Shown: piece by piece, positions 35,326 to 53,416 of the stretch
How the letters are laid out: the number at the start of each line of letters is the position of its first letter
Position numbering within the stretch: position 1 is the first letter of the stretch
DNA from: Macrostomum lignano
Lineage: Eukaryota
Reading direction: 5' to 3'
Assembly: GCA_002269645.1 (NCBI GenBank)
Contig: NIVC01001033.1
Span: 13,487 to 77,486 of the forward strand
Length of the DNA: 64,000 nucleotides
Made by a program: the position numbers and the translations under genes
The notes under the pieces: model-generated
Databases searched by the model: none
Told to the model about the DNA's origin: nothing
What the model saw: only the letters and a program-made list of their open reading frames with translations

Positions 35326-37138
35326 CCTATCGGCCATAGAAACCATTCCTTCGGACAGTTTCACGGTTGCTATTGGAGCAACTGTCCGGCTGCTCTGCCT
35401 AGTAAACATTTCCTTTGTTCTGCCGGACACTGTCCGTTGGAGACTCGGTGGTATTGACAGGTGACGATTTGTTTATTTTGATCGGTTGCATTCTGTGATT
35501 TATGCTAGTTTTCATTTGCGCCTTATATAAGGATGACCAAGTTTCAAGGCACAGTGTGTGTATACTGGTTGATTCTAATGTTAAAGGGGGAGTGCTGAGA
35601 CGCCAGCACTTAAAAGGAGCTGGGACTTCAAGGAGTGCTGAGACTTCAAGGAGTGCTGAGAGTCCAAAAAGTGCTGAGACGTCAAGGAGTGCTGAGACTT
35701 CAAGAAGCGCTGAGACTCCAAGGAGTGCTGAGACTTCAAGGAGCGCTGAGACTCCAAAAAGTGCTGAGACGTCAAAGAGTGCTGAGACTTCAAGAAGCGC
35801 TGAGACTCCAAGGAGTGCTGAGACTTCAAGGAGTGCTGAGACTTCAAGGAGTGCTGAGACTTCAAGGAGTGCTGAGACTTCAAGGAGTGCTGAGACTTCA
35901 AGGAGTGCTGAGACTTCAAGAAGCGCTGAGACTCCAAGGAGTGCTGAGACTTCAAGGAGTGCTGAGACTTCAAGGAGTGCTGAGACTTCAAGGAGTGCTG
36001 AGACTTCAAGGAGTGCTGAGACTTCAAGGAGTGCTGAGACTTCACTCTTAAGACTGAGACTTCAAGGAGTGCTGAGATTCCAAGGAGGGCTGAGACTTCA
36101 AGGAGTGCTGAGACTTCAAGGAGTGCTGAGACTTCAAGGAGTGCTGAGACTTCAAGGAGTGCTGAGACTTCAAGGAGTGCTGAGACTTCAAGGAGTGCTG
36201 AGACTTCACTCTTAAGACTGAGACTTCAAGGAGTGCTGAGATTCCAAGGAGGGCTGAGACTTCAAGGAGTGCTGAGACTTCAAGGAGTGCTGAGACTTCA
36301 AGGAGTGCTGAGACTTCAAGGAGTGCTGAGACTTCAAGGAGGGCTGAGACTTCAAGGAGTGCTGAAACTTCAAGGAGTGCTGAGACTTCACTCCTAAGAC
36401 TGAGACTTCAAGGAGAATACAGTACGCTCAAGATGTGATGATTGTTAGTCGTTGCCTACGAGTTCCTCACAAAAGTAAATAAAGTCGCGTATCAATGGCT
36501 CAAGCTGAATATACAGATAGCAAAGTTCGATTTTTAGATTAAAAACTCTGACGTGCTAATCTCAAAATCTTCATTCTTAATCCCTTCATTCTCAATTTAA
36601 AGTTCTATCACTCCTCACTGACCCAATTCATAGCCAGTCGAGTCTAAACGCCGTAACCTACATATCGGTGGACCGGCCTGCATATCACGTGACCCGATTA
36701 ACTATCGATCGAATGCCGCCCAGCCTAATCGGTTTGTACACCTGCTAAGGTGCGGCCAGATTAGTCACCTCGTCGGCGGCTAATAAGAAGTTTTCAGCCA
36801 GCGTTCGACTTCAACTAGAAGCGGATCCTCGCACCGGGTCAACGGACTTAACTCAGCCATGGTGGCGTCTTGGCGGTGTCGGACGAACTTCAATAGTTCT
36901 AGCCGCTTCCGTAGCCGTTCTAGCAATGGCCGGAGTTGTAGTCCTTGCTTTGGCGGCCTCCCGGCTGTTGGCAAGTCGGCAACGACCGCAGGCTGTGGTG
37001 CGCCGGCGACGGGCCAAATGCTTGCCCCCGTCGTACGAAAGTTCCACTGCTCTGCCAGACTGGGGACAACCGCCGCCACGATTCTCCGAGCTGTATCCGG
37101 CTGCCGGTGGGACCCTGGACACCGGAGAGGATGCGTAG
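35326..37138 (+). pseudogene. Ig-superfamily single-pass membrane protein with an in-frame TAA at 36746-36748; exons ~35326-35460 and 36634-37138; 5' exons not resolved
   Basis: The spliced frame reads VAIGATVRLLCLVN..VRWR | ..RLTIDRMPPSLIGLYTC*G..ASVRLQL, giving the Ig Cys, Trp and GxYxC. A TM segment SIVLAASVAVLAMAGVVVLALAA and a tail with PPSY follow. The intron phases match (AG|C). Confidence 0.75.
35588..36415. repeat. 18-bp minisatellite (GGAGTGCTGAGACTTCAA) in the Ig-gene intron
   Basis: Tandem units; source of the SAETSR ORFs. Confidence 0.95.
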
Positions 37139-37257
37139 CTGACTACACTAACCCGTTGGTGTTGATCTTGGTCATTTCGAATGTTACACGCAGCTGCATG
37201 TGAATTTTACAAATGAGTTGAGAATACCTAACAACATGCATGTCGTACTTTGGACGA

Positions 37258-38040
37258 AGTGGACCTCACTCCCTGCACCCATTTGCACCCACCTCACTCC
37301 CTGCACCCACCTCACTCCCTGAACCCACCTCACTCCCTGCACCCACCTCACTCCCTGCACCCATTTGCACCCACCTCACTCCCTGCACCCACCTCACTCC
37401 CTGAACCCACCTCACTCCCTGCACCCACCTCACTCCCTGCACCCACCTCATTCCCTGAACCCACCTCACTCCCTGCACCCACCTCACTCCCTGAACCCAC
37501 CTCACTCCCTGCACCCACCTCACTCCCTGCACCCACCTCACTCCCTGAACCCACCTCACTCCCTGCACCCACCTCACTCCCTGAACCCACCTCACTCCCT
37601 GCACCCACCTCACTCCCTGAACCCACCTCACTCCCTGCACCCACCTCACTCCCTGAACCCACCTCACTCCCTGCACCCACCTCACTCCCTGAACCCACCT
37701 CACTCCCTGCACCCACCCAACTCCCTGCACCCATTTGCACCCACCTCACTCCCTGCATCCACCTCACTCCCTGCACCCACCTCACTCCCTGCACCCACCC
37801 CACTCCCTGCACCCATTTGCACTCACCTCACTCCCTGCACCCATTTGCACCCACCTCACTCCCTGCACCTACCTCACTCCCTGCACCCACCCCACTCCCT
37901 GCACCCACTTCACTCCCTGCACCCATTTGCACTCACCTCACTCCCTGCACCTACCTCACTCCCTGCACCCACCTCACTCCCTGCACTCACCTCACTCCCT
38001 GCACCCACCTCACTCCCTGCACCCACCTCACTCCTTGTAC
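37258..38040. repeat. 18-bp satellite (CCCACCTCACTCCCTGCA)n, C-rich on +
   Basis: Its unit is the reverse complement of the array at 38948-42616. Confidence 0.95.
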
Positions 38041-38725
38041 CCAAACTACCCCTTATCCTTCCTCACTGGAGCGTCAACTCTCTCAATTTTAACTTTTCAA
38101 CAAGCAATCAATCGTATGCCTAGCTTACATATTAACCTAAAGCTTTAATTTTAGCATGTAAATGTAGGCAAAGATCCCTATTGCGTCATCTGTTGGATGC
38201 ATAGAAAAATATTGATAATAAAACATCCTTAGAAGATTTACCTCATTTAGCTTTTTCAATGCACAGTGCAGTAAAAATTCAGTTTAAACCGTTTATTTCA
38301 TTACTTCTGTATACTCTCATATGCAGTATTGTATAATATATTAACATTGTTATTAGTTACAATTTGTAATTTCGAAAAAAAAATGATTTATGATAATCTA
38401 TATTTATCTCGAATGCCAGCGCAACTACTAGTATTCCATTTTATCATTAATCAACAACATATACAAGCATATAAAATGTAAGTAGGGATCGCTAGATCTT
38501 CTGCTTTACCAGTCTATGACGATGAAACTAAGTGCTATAACAAAGGGGTCCCCACCCTTAAAGACAGTTAGACATTTAGTATATGTGGATTATATTGCAA
38601 TGCATACATGTAGCAATAATAATTTATTGTCTCGTTCAATAATGTTTATCGAAATTGTAATTCTCGTACTGAATAAAAGCAGACGATTTTCTAACGATTC
38701 ATCTTCGATCCTTATACAGCAGGTA

Positions 38726-45344
<6,619 letters not shown>

Positions 45345-45924
45345 GCCTGTGTTTCGAATTCGAATGAAGTGTCCGGCTGAGAAGAGGAGAATTTCAAATG
45401 GAAGAAATGTCTAGGTATTTGTATATATATAAATGTATAAAAACTATTATGAATATATCAGCTTTTCTAGCAAATGTTGCTGTAATACCTTATAAGCTTG
45501 CTTACCTTCACCGAACTTTCCACACTGATCCAATCGCTTGCACCCTCTTCTCTGCCCTCGCCTCTCTCCCTGTCTCTCCCTCTCCTCTCTCATTTCCCCT
45601 CTTACTTGCCACCGCCCAATGGCACCCCTTGCGACTTTTCCTTCATTTCTCTTGGCCAGAACGCTATAGTTCAGGGGTAGCTATAGCCAACAAAAAATTA
45701 GTTAGAAACGTACTGAAGGGGAAAATTGAATTGGCACAGTCATATACAGCCATGCCCAACAGGTCGGCATTACAGCCATCAATTACTTGCCCAACTGACC
45801 CTTAAATCCCGGTATCCCAGACTTTTTCAAGCGGATGATCGGTTTGCACCTTGCATCCAAGTGGCTTTTTAAACTGATAAAAGTTGCTATCCAAATCCAG
45901 GGGGTTGTTGTGTGATTCGCACCC

Positions 45925-46022
45925 ATGAGGGCCAACCACCATAACGCAGAGAGTGCACATGCGTAGCGAATAGAAAGTCAAAGGGTCGCTGTACACCCTG
46001 TGTGAGCGTGTGCATGAGTGCG
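45925..46022 (+). mobile_element. Diverged copy of the family-1 SINE central domain in a different sequence context
   Basis: GCCAACCACCATAACGCAGAGAGTGCACATGC...GGGTCGCTGTACACCCTGTGTGAGCGTGTGC aligns by eye with the SINE core GCCAACCCCCCAAGGCGCAGTGAAGTGTACATGC...GGGCCGCTGTACACTCCTGTGTGAGTGTGTGC. Confidence 0.6.
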
Positions 46023-46192
46023 TGCCCACTCGCAAATATTTATTTGCAAACGAAATCACTTTTCAGGCAGAGCTATCTTGATCCCTTATTTATTTCCTAG
46101 ATAATCTAAACGGACGCCCCTTGTATCTTAAATTCAGCAAAGCTATAGCTAGCAATCTCTAAAAAATCAATATTACGCTCGTCATGGTAGAT

Positions 46193-46558
46193 TTTTTATT
46201 AGTATTAGAGGCAGAGGGGTTGTGTGCACCCTGGCGCACTTTAAGCGACATGGGCACACAACCGGCGAGAGGCATTACTGCCCATTCCGCCGACTCCCCT
46301 GAGCAGGCATACAAGCGCGCGGATACGTACGCAGGCACACACTCACACAGGAGTGTACAGCGGCCCTAACTTTATTTTATCGTTAGGCATGTACACTTCA
46401 CTGCGCCTTGGGGGGTTGGCTTTCAAGGCCGTTAATTGCACGAGCAGAGCCAAGCCGAGATTCCAATTCAGCCCCAAATTAATGTGACTGCACTTGGAAT
46501 CGAGCCTGGGTCGCTGGCACACCAGAGCAGCTGCGCTACCGCTGGGCTACAGCCCCCC
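46193..46558 (-). mobile_element. tRNA-derived SINE, family 1, copy C
   Basis: Full-length and CpG-intact, with a 14-bp TSD carrying 2 mismatches (TCGTCATGGTAGAT 46179-46192 / TCGTAATGATAGAT 46559-46572). Confidence 0.92.
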
Positions 46559-46856
46559 TCGTAATGATAGATACCCCGTCAGTAACATGCGAGGATTATA
46601 ACAAAATATTCATATAAGCCTTCAGTCAGGCTAAGTTGGCACGCAAAGCAGGGACAAATCGACTAATGCTTGCCGTATGGCGAACTGCGCTCGAGACTAA
46701 ATCAATCAATAGAGAGGACTGCCATTCCAGCGTACTTTGTAGTTTCCGCCAGTCAACGGTTGGTCGCTTTGACTATAAAGCAGTGACCTTGACGTGATTA
46801 AACTCAATTGTTTCACCGCCATTTCGCGCCTGCTGCGCAAATATTCTCTGTTGCTG

Positions 46857-46858
<2 letters not shown>

Positions 46859-46896
<38 letters not shown>
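46859..46896. repeat. (GT)n microsatellite
   Basis: About 19 GT units. Confidence 0.95.
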
Positions 46897-46897
<1 letters not shown>

Positions 46898-47794
46898 CCG
46901 CCAGTGTAGTGGATTAGGCTTAGGCATGCACAAGTAACCTGCCGTCTGGCTGCGTCTACTGCAGACGCCACTTTGACAGCGATGACAGCAAATAGTACGC
47001 TCGTAATATTTGCTGTCATTCTATCAATCAATTTACCAGACTATCAGTACATCCTGAGCACATCCAAGCGCTGCATGCTACCCAAATTACACTCACAATG
47101 GGAATAGCAAATGCCAATCCAATAATGTATGCTTTATTTAAAATTCACAATTGCTAGACATGATGTTAGACAAAAAGACAAGACCATACGATTTTACGAA
47201 GAAAGTATGCAATTATTGTTGAGATTTCGGTGTACTGAACACGGGCCCTTAAAAGAGTACTGAGTGTAAAAGTTTTTTCCAGCCGTTTGACTCAAGTCAG
47301 CCAACCGCAACAAGAGAAAAGTGAGGTTGCCACACAAATGAATGGAAACATGATAGTTGGAGAGAATAGAAGAAGATCTTGAAAGGCAAAGAAGATCTAG
47401 ATTCCATCGATCTAAACTGCTTCTATTTTGCGTTTCCTGAGCTGCATTTCATTTTTTGCTCTTTTCTGTTCAAAGCTAACTAGAAACATTGCTTCATCTC
47501 CATTCCTGCATTACTCATTCATGCTCTTACAAGAGTTGAAGGCACAAGTTTTTAACGTGCTTTGCACAAGCGAAGTGAAAAAAACTAAGTCACATAGTTT
47601 TCAACGAGTCTACACGGCACGATAGAACATAATTATAGTTGATTAATTCTGTAATATATGCACTTAGTTTCTGCACTACTGTTAGTAGTCTTTGCTTGAA
47701 AAAAAAAACATTAGTGCTTCGGTTGGATAAGAAGTTCGTGCGATTGTATTCACAGGTATGGAAATTAGGGCAAAACCAGCAAAATGGTTACTAT

Positions 47795-48460
47795 CTCAAA
47801 CTTGGACAGGACAGGACCCTACCATGACTCGTTGCATTTCTTGGGGTTGGGGTCACTCTTGACAAGGATCTTAACTTTAGACAACACATATCGAGAACAG
47901 CAGGAATCACCATCGCCAAGCTTGATTTCCCAACTGTCGCTCCGGCTCTTGTACAGGTCGTACATCGAGGGTCCTATGACCTACTGGGCGCCTGTACACA
48001 TCAACGCTCCGGATGCTCTCTTGCAGAAGCTTCAGCTTCTCCAAAATCAGGCTCTCAAAATCGTTCTTGGTGCACCTAGATAAAAGAAAATGTGCTATTT
48101 ACATGATGCCACCAAGATTCCCAGGTTCAAGGAGAAAATCTGGAACCTGGGCTTAAGGTGGTACAAGAAAGTAGTTCTCACAGGGTTCACAACCTTGACC
48201 TGGACCTAAAAGACTGGAGCAGACCGGGATACAGAGAACCAGTTATGAGAAAACTGATAACTGAGTTTTAATTGCTTAATTCACATTACGTACCTGATTA
48301 TTTATGATTTTTTAATTTCTTCCTCTAATATTCTCGTCTAAAAATCGGAATATTATAAAGTATTTTATTTTACTCCAAAATCGAACTAAAAAAAAACTTT
48401 ATTAGCGTATGAGCCCAGTTAGGGCTGAGGCGCTAGAACTAAGCAAAGAAATAAAGAAGA
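47795..48460 (+). mobile_element. 5'-truncated non-LTR retrotransposon (LINE) RT C-terminus + 3' UTR
   Basis: Broken frames read FLG..VTLDKDLNFRQHI and LYRSYIE..YWAPV..KLQLLQNQALKIVLGAPR*..LHD..IP. The 3' end is A-rich and a 23-bp TSD AAAACCAGCAAAATGG[T/C]TACTAT lies at 47772-47794 and 48461-48483. Confidence 0.85.
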
Positions 48461-48697
48461 AAAACCAGCAAAATGGCTACTATTACATAGTTCTAAGTAT
48501 AAAAAACTAAGTATTTATTAAGTATGACATGTCCAAAGTTTAGCAATTGTCGTAAGGTCCAGGTCACTATTAGCAACACAGACTGTTAAGAACCTCAACT
48601 ATTACATCGATTCCATTGAAAGATCGTCCGTCTCTTTAAACTTATCATACATGCAGCTCTCGTTTCTGTGACGCATCGCCTTAGCAAGTGCGGTTAT

Positions 48698-50904
48698 TCA
48701 AGCCTCAATCATTTCCGAATCGATTGTTGCCTGCGAGCCAGCAGAATCGCCGCGTGCTTTGTACCGGATAATACGAAATGAGCAGCACCGACGCCTGACC
48801 ACGATTATTACTATTACTAGCAGGACTAGCACTAGGAAGACCCCACAAGAGAGCGAGACTATTAATATCAAACTTAACTGATGGCTTTCTGGAGCAGAGT
48901 ATGACGTGGTGACGCTGACGGTTGAATCTGATTGGCTGGAAGGGTATGAAACTGAACTTGTAACGATGCTTGAAGCTGATTGGCTGGAAGGGTACGAAAT
49001 TGAACTTGTAACGATGCTTGAAGCTGATTGGCTGGTTGGCTGAATGGAAGACGCAGTGGCAGCGCTAGATCCACTGCAATTCTCTGGCAGAGTAAAGTTG
49101 AACACAGACTGTCCGGCAAGTTGCGGCGGTCCGGCGCAGAGCCATCTGGTCAAATCGGGAATTCGCTCTCTCACCCCGCTGTTGTGCAGAGCCAGTCTAA
49201 GCCAGGCGAGCTCGCAGTCGCATCTGAACGGATTCCCGGCCGCTTTCAGCCATTCGAAACTGCTGCCGTTAAATTGGAGCAACATTGGCAACGGATTGAC
49301 CGAGGCTCCGTCCGTTCCACCGATGGTAGTCAGGCGCGACGAGGACACGTCCAGCTGGACTAGCTTAGCTGGCATCGGGCCAGCCCAGCCCGTCAGTGGC
49401 GTCGCAGCCATAGACAGTCGGCGGAGTTTGTCCAATCCGGCCAACGTTTGAGGTGACAGGTGCGAAATCGACGAACCATCTAAGATCAGGTCGGTCAAGT
49501 AGCCGCCGACTCCAGCCAGAGCGCCGTCTTCGATGTGCAGCAAGCCCGGACAGTTGGCCAAGTCTAGGAGACTCAACCTGGGAAGACGACCCGCCGGTAG
49601 CAGGTCCGCTGACAGGCGAGTCAGACCGGCTGATGCTCGCAGGAACAGCGAGATGAAACGGTTAGAAAACTTTGTGGACTGAAATAAATAAGGATTAGGT
49701 TGGGATGTTTTTGTGTAGTTACTCTGGAAAGTAAACCGTCACTTGGGGGTTGGGGGTCGCTATGGATTTCATGGTGAAGGGGGACAAGGCCAAGAAATCT
49801 ACAAAACTAAATTCCTACATTGTTTTCAGAATCGGTGTCGTTAGCACTCATTTTGGCGCCGCAGGCACTCATTTTGGCGCTGCAGACACTCATTTGGCGC
49901 CGCAGGCACTCATTTTGGCGCCGCAGGCATTCATTTTGGCGCCGCAGGCACTCCTTTTGGCGCCGCAGGCACTCATTTTGGCGCCGCAGGCACTCATTTT
50001 GGCGCCGCAGGCATTCATTTTGGCGCCGCAGGCACTCATTTTGGCGCCGCAGGCACTCATTTTGGCGCCGCAGGCACTCATTTTGGCGCCGCAGGCACTC
50101 AGACATTGGCATGCCCCGCCCTTAGTTTCTAGGGGGGGGGGGCATGGGGGATCTTGATGGGGGATTAGAAATGCAGTATTATCTCAAAGCTAAAGACTTT
50201 ACCTGAAACAGTTCGATCAGATTTTCTCCTGTAACTGAGTTGTCGCTTAGGTCCAGGCTCCTCAAAGTTTGCGCCAGATCTGTCAGTGTTCTGTTCTCAA
50301 TGCACTGCAGACTCACTGAGCTCATCTTTAGACTAGACAGATCTTTGCTGTTCTTCAAATTTGCGAACACCTTCCGAGATAGGGTCGGCCACTGATTGCC
50401 GCTCAATGAGACGACTGTGAGCTCGGCGCAGTGCAGGTAGGAGTCCGGAAAGACCTCATTATTGATTTGATTATCGTCCAAAATCAGTCGCTGCAATTTT
50501 GGCGCAAACTGGCACACCTGCGGCAGAGAAGCCAGCCGATTCTGCGACAGGTACAGGCGGCGAAGAGAGCGCAGGCCACGCAGCGATTCGTTGCCCAGCA
50601 GTGAGAGTCCGTTACCGTTCAGGTAGAGATCGGTCAACCGGTTCAGGCCGGGCTCAAACGCACCATCAGGTATGCTGGCAATCTTGTTTGCCTGAAGAAA
50701 CAGCTTGCTTGTGCGATTCGATAAACCTTGGGGAATCCTCGTCAGCCCCTGACTTTGACAGTCAGTCTCAATAGTATCGTCAGATAGGACTTTGCATTGG
50801 CAGTCCTTTGGGCATGTGTCAGTACTTGCCAGACTCTCAGTGTGTAGCAATAAGAGTGCTAGAAAGCACAGTAAAACAAAAGGGATAGAAATTCTGAGTA
50901 GCAT
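48698..50904 (-). CDS. Leucine-rich-repeat single-pass membrane protein, ~560 aa; exons 50904-50203, 49678-48698
   Basis: Signal peptide, LRRNT (CPKDCQC..DC), LxxLxLxxN repeats, LRRCT (NPFRCDCELAWL..WLCAGP), Ser/Thr stalk, TM LILIVSLSCGVFLVLVLLVIVIIVV and a short tail without TIR. The intron is GT-AG, phase 0. Confidence 0.9.
49845..50100. repeat. 21-bp minisatellite (TTTTGGCGCCGCAGGCACTCA) in the LRR-gene intron
   Basis: About 12 units. Confidence 0.95.
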
Positions 50905-51293
50905 CTTTGGACCGAAGAACTGCTATATGTAGTTTATAGTTGGCCAACTCCTATATATATGTAGCTACTCTCGACAATTTCCAGTAAATTTTGGCTTGAA
51001 AGAACATTTCCAATGATAGAGATAAGGATCGGTCGAAAGCGTGCAAAGTGGTCGAGCTCTCCTAAAAAATGTGACAAAAACAGCTAGTTACAGAAAGTGG
51101 ACAGTGAAATTCGGTGTGCTCATGCCTGGAACAGATTCCTGGAAATCAAGCGAGCTTCCAAGAGTTGTCAGGTGCACCCACGGTTACTGTACAGTCCTGG
51201 CGTGATTCTAACTTGATAAATTTTATCAAACATGTGGCGACTCGGCAGGTTGAGTACGTTGAAAATTGCACGAGAAAATGCCGTAAGTCAACC

Positions 51294-51725
51294 TACGAGG
51301 GTAAGTCAAAAACTAATGATAATTTTGTTATCATTTTGATTTACCAGCAGAAATCTCGCAGGGCTTCACGGAAGAGCCAAGAAGTGTGGACTGGTGCTTT
51401 GTCGTAGTGAAAGCGAATCCCAGCTTGCCAGGTCGCTTTTTGGCCAGTCTGGAGTGGAACTTTTGCAGAAGCGACTCATATTAGGTGGCACTGATGGTCT
51501 TCTGGCTTTCCAAGAAGGCCACCATCACCACTCCCTCAACATCCCAGAAGATGGTCGCCAAGACCTTCGCTGCAGACCCTTCCGCACGGAATTTCTTGGG
51601 GCCCGCTGAACCTCGTGGCAGCCACTCCTTGGATTGGACCTTGGACTCGGGATTGTACTGAAATATCCATGTTTCATCCCCGGTCACTAAGCGCTGGTAA
51701 AAGTTTTCTGAATCAGCATCCAAGC
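51294..51725 (-). mobile_element. Mariner transposon relic with one TIR
   Basis: The minus strand reads RLVTGDETWIFQYNPESK..KVLATIFWDVEG..*YESLL..RPGKL / FHYDKAPVH (HDNAP-like). A TA dinucleotide plus CGAGGGTAAGTCAAAAA at 51294-51312 resembles a mariner TIR. Confidence 0.85.
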
Positions 51726-52654
51726 AGGCCAGTCGGATTATTAATGTTCACCCAGATTCATTCAACCGTTAGGTGGTAGCAGTGTTACGAGCTACTAGGA
51801 TTGGGTCTTGGGCTACTTCATGACCATGTTTTCTCAATTGTTTATTCAAAGACCTATTAACGAAAAATTCCCACGTGACAATGGCTAGCTGTTCTCTCTT
51901 GTTTTGGCTTGGATACGTATCTGAGAATAGACGCAGATGGCAAGACCGAACATCCTGGTGGAATCGGATTGATAATTAATCTGCCAGGTAAATATGTTGT
52001 TATCATTCTAAACTGCCAGCTGATCCGTTCAAGCCTCGAGGTTGTGGTGAGTCAGACAGCCCCAAACCCGACTTTCGGCGTCTTCTGGTGTTGTCTTATG
52101 AACCATTGGAAGTCCACAGTTACCAAATAGCACCGTTAATCTCTACTTTTCTCAGTAGATAATAGTGAATACCACTGTATATAAAAATTCTTATCAATGA
52201 CTGACTCTGAATCTTGAGAAAGTACAAAAACGATCCAACAAAACCGGACTTTATCTGGGCGACTTATCTACGGATATGAGGATTTATTGATTTTTATCGA
52301 AAATTTGCAAGCATCTACAGATATAGTTTAGTACTCTACGAACGTATTTCATTAATCAATAAACAGGTTTTCATACCGTAAGCATAACTTTTGCATGTAG
52401 GAACTTGGCAAAAATTATTAAATTTTGTAATCTGTCTGTTTAAAAAATGTTTAGGCATATAAAGAACAGAGAGCTTTTGAGACAATGAGATGAAAACCTG
52501 AATTTACTAGAACACGAGCGTGTTTCCTAAATAGTCGGTTGGCTTGCAAAATATAATACAGCATTTGCAAGTTTTGAGGACTGTAAATGAAATTAACCAA
52601 AAATATTTTATGTGCGTTGAAAAGATTTTCCCTGCTTCAATTTTACTCAGGTAG

Positions 52655-53156
<502 letters not shown>

Positions 53157-53416
53157 ATGAGGATGAGCTACAGAAGGGTACAAAATAACAACACTTTTAG
53201 TAAACAGCATTGAAAAAATTTACACAACACGGCCATATCAAATGAAGTGAGTTGATGGTTTGAACAAAGTTGTGGTTCAAAAATGTCTGCAACTCCATAT
53301 ACAGTTGCTTTTCGACTCTTTTGCAAGTCCAAGACGAATGTAGTTTCAGAGGATTCAATACTACTTGAGTAGTCTCAAACTAGATGTAGCCTTCTGAGTC
53401 CTGTTTGGCTTACAGT

